NCBI GenBank assembly: GCA_002256025.1
Contig: NKIB01000497.1
Location: forward strand, 1-32,266
DNA: 32,266 nucleotides
Direction: 5' to 3'
DNA from: Asterionella formosa
Taxonomy: Eukaryota
Shown here piece after piece: positions 1-12,042 of this stretch (the stretch's first letter is position 1; every line of letters begins with the position of its first letter). The position numbers and the translations under genes are program-made. Under the pieces are notes generated by a model. It was not told the DNA's origin. It ran no database searches and saw nothing but the letters and a program-made list of their open reading frames with translations.

Positions 1-10
1 ATAAAATTAA

Positions 11-289
11 CTTAGGACTAGTATAAGGGAAATCTCTTCATTGTCCTGGACCCCCCTTAAGTAAAATCAGTCAAATTCAGTCACGGCAGTGTACATTGGG
101 GGGTCCAGGACAATGAAGTATACGGTACATCTTAGAAAAATGTGGGCTATCCTGTAGAACTAAAGAAATTTACTTAGGTCCATTATAAGGGAAATCTCTT
201 CATTGTCCTGGGCCCCCCTTAAGTAAAATCAGTCAAATTCAGTCACGGCAGTGTACATTGGGGGGTCCAGGACAATGAAGTATACGGTA
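11..289. repeat. Tandem duplication (period 162 bp) of a pogo/Tc2-type transposon end with an internal inverted copy of the TIR core
   Basis: Units 11-127 and 173-289 are near-identical. Each ends TGGGGGGTCCAGGACAATGAAGTATACGG|TA and carries the inverted core CTTCATTGTCCTGG(A/G)CCCCCC (36-56, 198-218). The same TIR occurs at 16807-16835. Confidence 0.85.
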
Positions 290-1642
290 AGCAAGACTTG
301 CTTACTTTTGTTTCACTCAGGCAGCCCCTCTCCTATTGCCCCGGTCATTGCGATTTTGGTAAGGAGTATGGGAGTCGAATGCAACAATTGGTTCTCAAAA
401 AAATTGCGCAAGTCGAACCTCATAACCTCAGATCAAACAAGGCAACGTGCTAAACCAATAAGCCATTCCCTTGCTTTTGCTGAATAGATATATAGATTTT
501 CTACATCGCTCTATGTGTATATACCCTATACTACAATCAACATATATGTGTCATATGAACCGGTGGGTTGGCAAATATTTGAATGTGCATTCTAGTGTTG
601 GGATGCATACAATCAATAATGAACAGCTACCTGCTACCTGGCTGGTACCTGGTACCAGCAGTGGCCGGCATAATTTTGCGACGCCTTGCAGATCAGGCCA
701 ATTGAATGGAGGTAAGTAATTCACATTGAACAATCATACTATATATTTGAACTTACAATGAAATTTTTTGTACAGGAGATTTTAGGTGGGCTAAAAATTC
801 CGGAGCACAACTACTATTCTGATTGTAACGTTTCGGTTCATACTAGTCATCATTCCCTCTGATTCCGATATTTTGGCAACCATAGACAACAAGGCCGATT
901 TTGTCGAATTTTTGGGCGACAATAGCTCAACCTTGCATGGGTTTGAAGGCGATTTAAATACATAGATACCTTTAAATAACATCAGTATATATCTTCGGGC
1001 AAGAAACGAACTTCGGTTTTACTACTACTATGCCAAATAGACAGATTTCTCCCGAATTTTCGAGTCTTTTTAGCATAGTAAAAAAGTCGAAGTTTCTTTC
1101 TGCAGTTTCTTGCCAGATCCTATATCCTGACGATACATAGAGTGGACCTACACCCCCCCCCCTACTTTGACAGAAGACTGTATCTAAGCACATGGAAAGG
1201 GTGTTCATTGGTGAAAGCGCCGTTGAGCAAATTTTTTTGTGCGTGAAAAGTACGTGATTGATTAGTCTGAATCAATATTGATTTTAACCCTACCTCGAAA
1301 AGCTAGGGGTTCAAATGCAACAACCCTAAGCAATATTTTAATTTTTTCTAGGGATGCAAATCCAGGAACCTTAAAAGTATATACGTGTGGTATCATACTA
1401 GTATACCAGATCTATAGTAAGTAGTCGATGTATGTACTTCACATAGTCTGCCGGTCACCCAGAGACTCCTCTGGCTTTTACTAGCATGGGCCAGCCACTC
1501 GTAGTAGTTATTTATTTTTATCCTGGCATCGGTAGAGTACCTGTTACCTTTGACCAGGTACCTGGTACCTGGTACCCAGTACCATCTGAGCAATCCTGCG
1601 CATCAATAAAGATGCATATAGGGTTAGAGTTATATCATATAT

Positions 1643-1767
1643 ATCAGAACTAAATAATGAGGGAACTCGACTAACATCTGTACTTTGGTGTGAACTGAGA
1701 GCACGAGTTGCATATCAAGATTTAAAAAAACTCAACAAACATTACTACTTCTAGTTAGATGCTTCAC
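1643..1767 (+). repeat. LTR-like direct repeat, upstream copy (the LTR may extend to about 2490)
   Basis: ATCAGAACTAAATAATGAGGGAACTCGACTA...TACTTCTAGTTAGATGCTTCAC aligns with 3815-3960 plus 12645-12660. The two copies bracket Gypsy pol fragments. Confidence 0.65.
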
Positions 1768-2491
1768 TTTGAATTCAAAAAGCGTCGAATTAGAATTAAG
1801 AATGTTGATGTATTCTCAAGTCTCAGTAGTCCCATGCATGATTGATAAGGGATAACAACATACTAAAAATCAAGACTCAGATCTCTTTGTGTATCCATAT
1901 CAGGTCGACATTTAAAACCTTTCAGCCAAGATATAATCAATGGACACTCAGTGGAAGCTTGTTGATTGATTTCAGAAAATCCTGTGGTGATATGGCTAAC
2001 ACATGTATGTCTATGAATAAAGTTTTCATTAGATCTAATGTATTAATTAGCATATGTTTAAAAATTAATTGATTAAGCAAAAATTTTGTTATACTACTAC
2101 CGATAAATTTTTGATAAATCAACTACTTTTTCTGTTTGATCAGTCAAATTCACCTCTCAGGTTATAATTTTTCTTACACATGTCACGTTATGCATATATA
2201 CAAACTTAACTATCTTATGTACCAAAAATCATTGATTGAAATTTTGATTGATCAACAGCTTTTTATTTTTTCTATCACTACAAACCCTGTTCCTATTCCT
2301 CCTCTTGCGTAAAAATTCTAGCTACCCAGAGCGAATTTTCAGACTGACACGCTAACCCTGTTCATGTTTTTCTTGCGTAAAAGTTTTCTACAGGCAAATC
2401 CATGAGATAACCTTATGATGATGTCTGGTTAGGGTACTGTGCCGAGGGCCATACATACCGACTTTTATCAATCTACCCAGGAATTTTAAGT

Positions 2492-2503
2492 GGTTATGAG
2501 CCC
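2492..2503 (+). promoter_or_regulatory. Putative primer-binding site complementary to the anticodon arm of initiator tRNA-Met
   Basis: GGTTATGAGCCC is the reverse complement of GGGCTCATAACC, the half-tRNA-iMet type of priming site, and lies upstream of the pol fragments. Confidence 0.45.
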
Positions 2504-2775
2504 TCCTGTTGGTCATTGAACATTCACGCTGCTAGCTGTACATATACAGACAGCTACTGCTGTTATGGCTGCGACAAATTTTATTTAACCGCAAATCATC
2601 AAGAACAATTCCAAATGAAATGGCTTGTTGCAATCATTGGGATATCAATAAACTGACTCATTAAGATATCGATGAACTTCAAATGACCTCAAATTAAGTC
2701 TTAAAAATTAAAAAGGGATTTAATTGGAACTGGTCCATTTGTCTGGTTACCTATACATCAACAAGTTTTTGAGCA

Positions 2776-3814
2776 ATGAAAGCATTTTTAGTTGCAAATA
2801 CACTCATGCGTTATCCTGCTCATAATCTTCCCTTCCAAAGTTTTGCTGATGCTTCTGATTATCAATTAGGGTCAGTCATTATGCAAAATGATCTCCCGGT
2901 TGCTTATTATTCTCTCAAATTATCGGCTGCCCAGAAAAATTATGCCATTATTGACAAAGCAATACTTTATGTCTTAAAATCTGTCAAAGAATTTCTCTCT
3001 ATACTATTGGGTGCGGTTCTACATGTTAACACTGATCATCGTAATTTTATTTATAATACCTTTCAAATTCAACGTGTTCTCCGGTGGAGGCTTTATATTG
3101 AAGAATATTAATCTACTTTTCACGGTGTGAAGGAGACTGATAATGCTATTGCAAATTATTCCATCTCTTGCTTCCCGAGGCTTGAGTCTTTGGTGGGGGA
3201 TAATATTGGATCGAAATCTTCAGCATCAACCTCCACTTCTATTTTCACTATTGAATTAGATGATGAACCTCTGTTTACCTGTTTCCTCAATCATCCAGTT
3301 TTGACAGAAAATATTCAATATACTCTGGATTATAAATCATTACATGATAGACAATTGCTGGATATAAAATTGATTCTCAATCAACAAACACGTCCGTTTG
3401 TATTTCCATTCTTTCAATTTCATGAAATACATTTGATATGTTTTGTGAAGAATCCAGGAGATTTTTGGCGTATTGCTATTCCTACATCATTATTGGATCC
3501 CATTATTAGTCGGTATCATCAGATGTTCTCTCATTTGGGTATGAAAAAATTATATGATACAATCTCTACGCATTTTTATCACTCCATATTAAAAGCAAGA
3601 GTGGAACATGCTGTAAGCATGCATAGGTGAAACATGTCAACGTTCAAAATTACCTGGAGCTGGTTTTGGTGAATTTCCACCTAGGAATGCATTGTTATTA
3701 CTATGGTCAGAAATCGCAGTGGATTTAATTGGTACATGGACGATGACAGTGGCTGCACAAGCAATTGAATTTCGTGATCTAAATTGTGTTGACACAGTCA
3801 CCTATTTACCAGAA
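2776..3814 (+). pseudogene. Ty3/Gypsy pol remnant (RNase H region, integrase zinc-binding domain, start of integrase core)
   Basis: Motifs ADASDYQLGSVIMQ, PVAYYSLKLSAAQKNY, NTDHRN, RVLRWRLYIEEY, YHQMFSHLGMKKLYDTISTHFY and WSEIAVDLIGTW, broken by stops and frameshifts. Confidence 0.9.
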
Positions 3815-3964
3815 ATCAGAACTCAATAATGAGAGAACTCGACTAGCTAGTCTACCGGGTAACACCTATTGTATACTTTGGTGTCAACTAAGAGAACGAG
3901 TTTTATATTAAGATTAAGAAATGAAATCATATACGGTTTTTAACAAATATATTACTTCTATGTC
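3815..3964 (+). repeat. LTR-like direct repeat, downstream copy, interrupted by the Harbinger nest and resuming at 12641-12660
   Basis: Aligns to 1643-1753. The missing tail GTTAGAT(G/A)CTTCAC reappears just after the TTA at 12638-12640. Confidence 0.65.
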
Positions 3965-4769
3965 TTAGGGCCGTTCTTATCATTTTGTCATTGATCGTTT
4001 TTTTGGTCTGATCACCGGTGTATCATGGGTGTGTCACTGATACAGTTTTTGGACCCCTGACCTGTGCTGTATCAGTGATACAGCCGTTGATCGCTGTGTA
4101 TCACGTCCGTTGCCACTGATAAAATAACTGTAGACATGCCAGCGCCAACCATATAATTTATTTTGTGAATGGAAAATCAACATCATCAGCAACACAGCGC
4201 AACAAGAAAGCATCACCGGTGGTGCAATCAATGATTGATCTGATAGCGTCTATAATTCAAATTCTACCCACACCACTTTTGCAAGCCCTTTTCTTATATA
4301 ATAGTATTGTTGTAGTCGTATTAGCAGTCAAAGATTTAGTTGTTGCTGTAACAAATCAATAGTTCTATTTGCGATCCTATAGATTGACGAATGTTTTTCT
4401 ACATTGTAGATTCGTAATTTCTTATGCAATTTTAAAGATGTATCTATATTTCCTTTTCTATTGCATTGTTAATACAATGATATCGTAGACCGCAAAGGCG
4501 CGGCGACTCCTTTGCCATTTTGATAGAGAAATAGCCGATTATCAACATTGTCAGTGTGTTGACAACAACATGTTGACGAGTCTCTCAATACCTGGTACCA
4601 GGGTACTAGTAGCCTGTACACACAGGCTCCGTAAGGGCCAATCTTAACAGAGATACAACTTTTTTTTGTTGTATCTTCAGAAAAAAATGAATCTTTACAG
4701 AGATACATTTCACAAATATATATCTCTAACGGCAAAACAGTTAGCCGTTTTCTTTATGTCTCTGCAAAC

Positions 4770-6079
4770 ATGTGCATCAGACTCAGCAAAAATATTTGCA
4801 ATGTGCGCTTCAATTATTCAATGTGTCTGACCATTATAATTACTGTAACGACAATGACAAGTATACCGGAAGAGCCTGACAGTTGGGAAGACTTCATTGA
4901 CAATCTTGATATAGAAGCGGAACAACAGAGCCTTTTGTTAATTGCAGCAGTTGCATTATCACTTTTGGAGTCCTATGAACGAAACTCAAAGCCAGTGCAA
5001 ATTCCAAAATGGGAGCATCAACGAATTGACTGGAATGAGCATGTCACAAAGCTTCTTCATGAGAATAGATTTCATTGTGAATATCGCATGTCTCTTGAAG
5101 CTTTCAATCAACTACTGGAACTCCTTCGACCTTCCATCACAGTTAATGTTGTTAAATCAAATGCAAGTTCCAGTTTATACAGCTAAAATCAGCATATTTA
5201 TCCTGAGTTGATCCTTACCATCGGAATTCGCTGGCCTGCAGGCGGAAACCTCATAGACATTTGTCATCTCTGTGGAATTTCTTATCCATCTGTTTATGCC
5301 ATCACTAAAACATTCCTTGATGCGGTGAAATCCTGCACAGCATTATCAATAAAATTCCCTTCAACAAACAAGGAGAAACAAACACTGATGAATGGATTCC
5401 TTGAAAATAGCGAGCAGCAACTATTTTGTGGATGCATTGGTGCTATGGATGGATATTTACAGTCTATTTCTAAACCAAGAATAAATGATTGTGATGTCTT
5501 CCCTCAAGCATATTGGTCTGGGCATTATATGTCATATGGATTGAATGTTCAAGCTGTTTGCGACAGCAATTGTTGTTTCCTATACTTTGGTGTCGTGGCA
5601 CCAGGAAAATGTCCAGATCAGAAGGCATTTGAAAGAACAAAACTTTTTCAGATTGTATCCAACCTTTGTCCAGGACAATACATAGTAGTTGATGCTGCGT
5701 ACACATTGACTGATCAAGGAGTGCTCTGTCCATTTTTGGAAGTCAAAGGGAATCAACAAACAAAGATGCATACAACTATTTCCTTTCACAACTCCGCATT
5801 AGAGTTGAGATGACGTTTGTATTGCTCAATAATAAATGAAGGATCCTGAGGACATCTTTGTCCTTCAGGATGAAGAAATCAGTTGCAATTCTTTCTGCTT
5901 GTGCCCGCTTCCACAATTTTTGCCTACTCATGGATGATGATAAAAAGAAGGAACTTGCTAATGCTATGGAATTTCTGACTAACTTGGAGCTTGCTGATCC
6001 AAAGTCCAATGCTCCTCTTGGGTGGGCTTCTCTTCCATGTAGTAGAAGGTACTTCACAGATTTGGCAAATTATTCTTGA
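4770..6079 (+). pseudogene. PIF/Harbinger (HARBI1-like) DDE transposase, frameshifted
   Basis: Motifs FHCEYRMSLEAFNQLLELLRP, GCIGAMDG, GLNVQAVCD, YIVVDAAY, SQLRIRVEMTF and ACARFHNFC, spread over several frames with stops. Confidence 0.92.
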
Positions 6080-6231
6080 TGTTGTCACCAACAATAGTAG
6101 GTTTAGGCGACCTCCGTCTAATGTGTTGCACCAATGGCATGAACTGACTGAAATAGGATTAATGTAGCAAATAACTACAACTGGAAGGAACTAGGTAATA
6201 ACAAGAACTAAGTAGAAATATAATTGTTAGC

Positions 6232-7162
6232 CTAATTATGATTAGATGTATTTTCTTCAGCCATTAGTATGAGAGCTACAGAATTCTTGGTCAGTGCATC
6301 CATATCTTCAAAACATTTGGCTTCAAAAGATTCAACAAAACTGACATTCTGGCGCCTCTTGATACTCTTCACCATCACATTTTTGTGACACTTCATTGCT
6401 TGCTACTTCAGTTCGAGCTTCCTTTAACTTTTCGCGGTACATAATTACAACATCCATTAGTTCCTTCTCTCGTTTTACAAGAAAAGCTGCTCGAGCAAAT
6501 TCTGCATTGGAACTTTGAAAGGCAAGTGTCATTTTTGTACGGCGCTCATTTGCTTTTGAAAGTTCTATAAGCGCATCGACCACTTGTTTGGATGTGTTTT
6601 CAAACTCATTGCTGCATTTTTCTACCTTTTCTTCATTGAACAGGTAGCTTGGCAACATCATCCTCTGCAGGAATGTAAATAAGACGGTCCATAGCAACAC
6701 CATCACTTAAACTTGGTACTGCATAGCCACGGAAATGTGGCACCTGTTGAAGCCATAAATGATAGTACAAACAATGAGGCCGGTTTTGAGTGAAATTGTC
6801 AAAGGTTATTGTGTTGACCAGAAACTTTGTTATTATTGAAACAAATCTTGTAATGCGCATTGAGAAATTCTATAACCTCTGAAAATTGTTTGCTATCCAC
6901 CAATATATAAAAAATGAGGGGATAGTTATCATCAATTCCGTGGTATTCAAACTGGGTGTGTTTGCATGCCATGGATCCAACTGTATCATCATCTATGTCC
7001 ATGTAGGTATCCAATAACTTTTCCCAAACTGCTTTATGAGGAAATTTCCTTGCATCCAACTCACACATAGTTGGTGTATTCCCAAGACACAAAACATCTT
7101 GCCGATGTTTCTCATCGAAGAAGACATTAATTACTCGATAGTATGTGCCATGCTTCTTAATA
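6232..7162 (-). pseudogene. Harbinger ORF2 (accessory protein), C-terminal part
   Basis: Convergent with the transposase inside the TIRs. Reads KKHGTYYRVINVFFDEKHRQDVLCLG...KVSGQHNN/FDNFTQNRPHCLYYHLWLQQVP, then a predicted coiled-coil tail, with frameshifts. Confidence 0.7.
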
Positions 7163-9289
7163 TACTATTTACGTCTGCAAAAATAAATGCCATCATATTC
7201 CTATGATGCATCATAGGATTATGATCATCTGATCATAATTTTTCGTTGTATCATCTAATAATTGTGATAAATGCCCTTGTAATTTAAATAGTAACCCTTT
7301 TGACTATGGAAATTTAATTATTATTTGTATTGTTGCTTTTAATTCCTTTATTTAAATTTCTTGGTAGGATAATGTACCAGTATAAGTAATGTGGTTTGGC
7401 TCATCATCCTTGCCAGTCCTCACTCTGATTCTTGCAACAACGACAAAGCAGCCATTTCGAGAGGAACGAGTGTTTGTGATAAAATCTTCATTTGTCGTTC
7501 AAGTCATCATATGTCTTCGATGAATCATCATCTGCATTGCACACTATGTTCGTATGCAATCCGTTAAAAGCATATCCAATAAAAACGAAATGGCTCATCA
7601 CATAAGACGAATATTTCCGGCCGGTCTGTCACCAGAGCATCAATCAGTGTTACAACCTCAATCATAGCTAGTAAACAACATCCATTATAGAACAGCACAA
7701 TCTACTTCTCTGTAACATCGTCTCTCTAACAAGAACGTAATACATCTACAATTTAAACGCAGCATAGCAGGCGATATGCACAAAGAAGCATTAGACTGTG
7801 CCGTATATTTATAGTAACAGAGTGATTCTGGTTTCGTAATTTTCATGTCTCATTAGATTTCCTTTGTCATCGTACTAGTTCCTTACCTTTGAAGACAGGA
7901 GCGTAGCTATTCTTTGATGTATCTGGAATATTTCAATGGATGGCAGCAGTTGGATTTAGACACAAACCTCGACAAAAGCACTAGTACTTTGTAGATGTTC
8001 ATGAAAAGCGAGACACTTTGCTTGGCCTATCGTCCACCAGCCAGTCTATACTGCAAAAATGCAAGAAGCAAGCACAAGTTGAATGCCCATTTATGGATTC
8101 AAGTTTCAGTAGTGCAACAATGTAAAATATTAGAAACCGGAAGTCACATTTCATCTAATTACGGTTTTCATTAGCTATACTAGCTAGTATTGATTGAGAG
8201 GAAGCAATGGTAGAATGGCTGCCAAACGGGCGGGGCAAACACAGAGAATCCTACTAATTTTTCTCCCCAATGATCCCAGACCCTTCTTGAATGTCAATTG
8301 CTACAGAAAACGGAGAAGAGCCGCCATGATCTGTTGATTGTTGCTGTATGGTGCCACTGACCGAGACCTCCAGAAATCTCAATGAGTTGCTTGTTTCTTG
8401 ACTTGAGTGCCAAAGGGATCATCGAAACCAGTGGAAAAATCAAAACAAGGGAACTAAAAATGCTCTGAAAACATCGCATCAGGACCATTGTGAAAGAGAA
8501 ATGAAGGTTCTTGGGAGGAGAAGTAAAGGGATAATAGCTTCTGGTCTTGCGGGAACAAGAATGGATTGGCCCAAACAATAATGACAAATTGGGACCTACC
8601 CGAAAAGGAAGCAATGCTTTCGGCATCATCAATCTATACACAAGCCTGCGCCACCTGACATCAATATAGCTACCTCGACTTCATCAATGAAGAAGTCAAT
8701 GGGTGGAGCATGTGAGGAAAATCAGGGTTGAGGTTTTCTTGACGCCAACGTGGGCCTGATTGGCTGAACTCCTTGCAGATGAAGGCATTGAGAAACCTGG
8801 GCCTGTGAAGCCGAAGGATAAAGAAAAATCTATAACAAAGGTGATGAGATATTGTTTAGGAGGGGGGGGGAGAAAAAGTTATCATAGCTGAATGCATTCG
8901 TAACTCGAATAGACAATAAATGGTGTTATACCATGGCTGCTCTTGGCTGACAGTTGCCAAGTCAAGTACAAACACAACAAGGGAGCACAAAAGACAGTCC
9001 CATTTTAATCAACTGGCTGATAATTAGTTGTGAGACTCACCATTCTCCAATGGGGTGGAATTGGATCATTGCTTCGTTAGAAGCTCAATCAATTCGAATG
9101 CTGTCCAGTGAAACAGCCAATGAAAACAATTGTGGCGAAAAAGCGCAGAACAGATCAAGAGATTTCATAGGAATTAAAATAACAGGGCATATATGATGCA
9201 CTGCTCCTTTTGTAGACTATATTTGATCATTTCCATATTTCATATCATACAGGTGCATGGATGACTCCTCCCGCCCTTTCATTAGATAT

Positions 9290-9490
9290 GCAGCCATGTT
9301 GCGATAATTCTACAGGACCCGCCTATAGGATTGCTAGTCTGGTGGTCATCATTTCCGCATTGTCTATACCAGTAGGATTCATGTATGCATGCTTGCTGCG
9401 ATAATTCTTACAAGACATACAAATTTGGTAGCTTGGGGGTTATCATTTCCGTACTGTATACAAGGGAAAGGGGTTGCATGCATGAGCACC
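9290..9490. repeat. Degenerate tandem repeat, period about 90-95 bp
   Basis: Recurrent TGCGATAATTCT (about 9300 and 9397) and TCATTTCCG(C/T)A(T/C)TGT (about 9348 and 9443). Confidence 0.55.
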
Positions 9491-10109
9491 TACTCCGGAA
9501 TAAACTATGATCTTTAATCATCAAATTTTGATTCGTTTATCCAATACCTTTGATCATAACATATTGATCATGTGATAAACGGTGTCGTTGATGAGAAAAT
9601 GAAAGATCAAATTTTATTTTCAGGAAACAGGATTAATTGATCTTAAAAATATGATCAAATGATCCTAAACACATAAGCATATTCAGTTTTCCGCTGCACT
9701 ATTTTAATATTTCCATGATAGAAGTAATTACCAGCAAGTATACAGTACTACCGGTAGGCCATGTGAGTTTTGGTCAATATGTCTATATACATAAATGTAT
9801 GATTTCGACCATTTGAAAAATTGGTGATGACTCCCGTTTATTAAGGGGCTTAATTGAATCAGCCACTGAGTTGTAGGTACAAGAATTGACACAAAACAAA
9901 TTGAAAAAAATTCAACAGGTTGTGGAAAACTATGAACGCAGCCATCATTCATTGTATATATTTGAATTATGTATAATCAAAATTTATATTAGTATACACA
10001 GGATGTGCCGTAGTATAATGAGCGTTAATTTTCAACTATAGCTTTATAGATTTATACTTACAAATCTTTATATATATGTATTCATGGCTGAATCATTTGA
10101 AATCATGTT

Positions 10110-10390
10110 TTCATGTTCCTTGGCTGTCATGCATACACTTTGCTCCTTAGGCTAAATGAAGGATCAACACACATGATGATGCGGAAAACGAATGTAAATA
10201 TACAGCACAAAGATACTTGCGGCTTAGAAGAGAAGGGCGGAATCAATTGATGGTAAGTCAAGAGCAAATGCCTTCATGTTCCTTGCTTGTCATGCATCCA
10301 CTTCCTGAAATGAAGGATCTCAAGCAACACATGATGCGAAAAACTGAAGTAACAATACAACACGATGATACACCATGCGGCTAGAAGGAG
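10110..10390. repeat. Degenerate direct duplication, period 163 bp
   Basis: TTCATGTTCCTTG..TGTCATGCAT.CACTT...AAATGAAGGATC...CACATGATG...TGCGGCT.AGAAG starts at both 10110 and 10273. Confidence 0.8.
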
Positions 10391-11412
10391 TGAATATGAT
10401 GGAGAAGAGCGTAATCAACAAGCTGTGCATAGCATCACGGTTTCTCAAGAGCAAAAGCCAGGATGATCAATTGCTGGGATTAGAAATATGGAATGACTTG
10501 TCCCCTTTCAATGATTCAATAGCTCCTTTTCGATTTGGTGGTTTACCAACCATTAATGTGGAAAAAAGAAATCGGTAAGTGCTATCATCTTTGGATCAAT
10601 CCACATCTGATAGGAAAACTGACACATAGACTATCTGTTGCTTCTTTCAGGATAATGGTAGACAAACAGTATTTGCAAGATACAAACAGCAGTGTTGGAG
10701 CCCATTTATTGATCGATACTTTTTTTATTCAATCTTCAACTGACACATTCTTTTACAGAAATATGCATCAGTTGCTTCCTCACTTTTGGGTAAGTGAAGA
10801 TAGAAGCAAGTGAAATGCATGTTGTTGTGTAAGCAAAACATGAACAGCTAACAATGAATTGCTTCTCTTTGTTAGTATGGCTGATTGGAACATCGAAACG
10901 GGGTCAATAGTAATAGGCAAATGCGTGAATGCAAATTCAGATCCTTCAGGAGTAAATGGAACAAAGCAGGGGAACAACGGCAAGGCAACCAGTACAACAA
11001 CCTTCAGAATTGAATGGGGGGGAAGGTGGAAGCAAGTAAAAGCTGAAGCACCAATCATTGCGATGAGAGAATTGTAGAACATTCTGTAGCCACTCAAGAT
11101 AAAGATACATAGAACCATTCTTAGGTAAATATAGTTCTAAATTTCGATCAATTTCATCCTATTTTAGACAGTGATATCGATGAGAATTACGATCATGCTT
11201 AGATAGATGCATGACAAAAGTGTACACATCATATGACCATGTTTAACTAATTATATGATGCAATAGTATTATAGCTACTATGATAGTATCATCACATTTC
11301 AAGCTCGGTAAAAGTTTACTGCATGATCATAATTATATGATACATTGATCATATTTTTGATGGAAAAACTGTCATCTATCATATATGTAAAAATCCTGTG
11401 CCACTTGGCGTA

Positions 11413-12042
11413 TAATACTCTTGATCCTATATTCATGATAGTTTTTTTCCAGATGTAGGAGGAGTTGAAGCATTTCTTTTCCTCTGATTCTTGGGAGGTT
11501 ATCCCTGTTTCTTAGTAGTCTGGTGGGATCTTTCAGAATCGTCATCCAATAAAATATTAGCAGGAACTGGAGATGTAAATGCAGACAATTGGGAAAGAGA
11601 TAATTTGGAATCTTTACTTGAGTCATTGACAATATCTTCTCTGGTAGTAGAAAGTTGCTTTGATAGTAGCAGGCAAGGAGACTTCCTTGTTGATGATTCA
11701 GGAGTTAAGGGAGCACCGTTTCTTTTGAGCTACTTCTTTGGTTCTTTTGATGACTTTTTTGTACCCCATCATGTCTCGAAGATCAAGTATCTTTAACCAA
11801 TTCTTAATGAGTGTAATTGTTATCATCTTTGTTTTCTTTCTGTATCCGACGATTTTAAAGTTAACGCAAATACGACGAAGTCGTTGTAGCAATATCTGTT
11901 GAATGAGCATGTCTTTTATTGTCATCAAAAACCCTTCGTTGTCAATGAAATAATCAGCAGGAGTGATACTTGCAACCCACTAGTCATCCTGTTTCCTTGC
12001 TGCAGAGTAAATTTCATTGTTCCAAGATTCAAATGATACCAT
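11413..12042 (-). pseudogene. Harbinger ORF2, N-terminal part
   Basis: ATG at 12042 (MVSFESWNNEIYSAARK...LRRICVNFKIVGYRKKTK...). Frameshifted. Joins the 7162 fragment in frame across the TAATA duplication. Confidence 0.6.

Larger units (their letters stand above)
7163..11412. mobile_element. Unclassified 4.25 kb insertion splitting Harbinger ORF2
   Basis: Flanked by TAATA at 7158-7162 and 11413-11417. Removing it restores the frame ...YHEYRIKSI-KKHGTYYRVINV... The termini are TAC...GTA, with GATCAT-rich tracts near both ends and at about 9500-9670. Confidence 0.65.

Noticed and set aside
11..289. CRISPR-like repeat-spacer appearance
   Set aside because: There are only two units, the spacers are identical, the context is eukaryotic and the repeat matches a transposon TIR.
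659..690. CAGTGGCCGGCATAATTTTGCG as a Tc1-like TIR
   Set aside because: I found no convincing partner end in the window.
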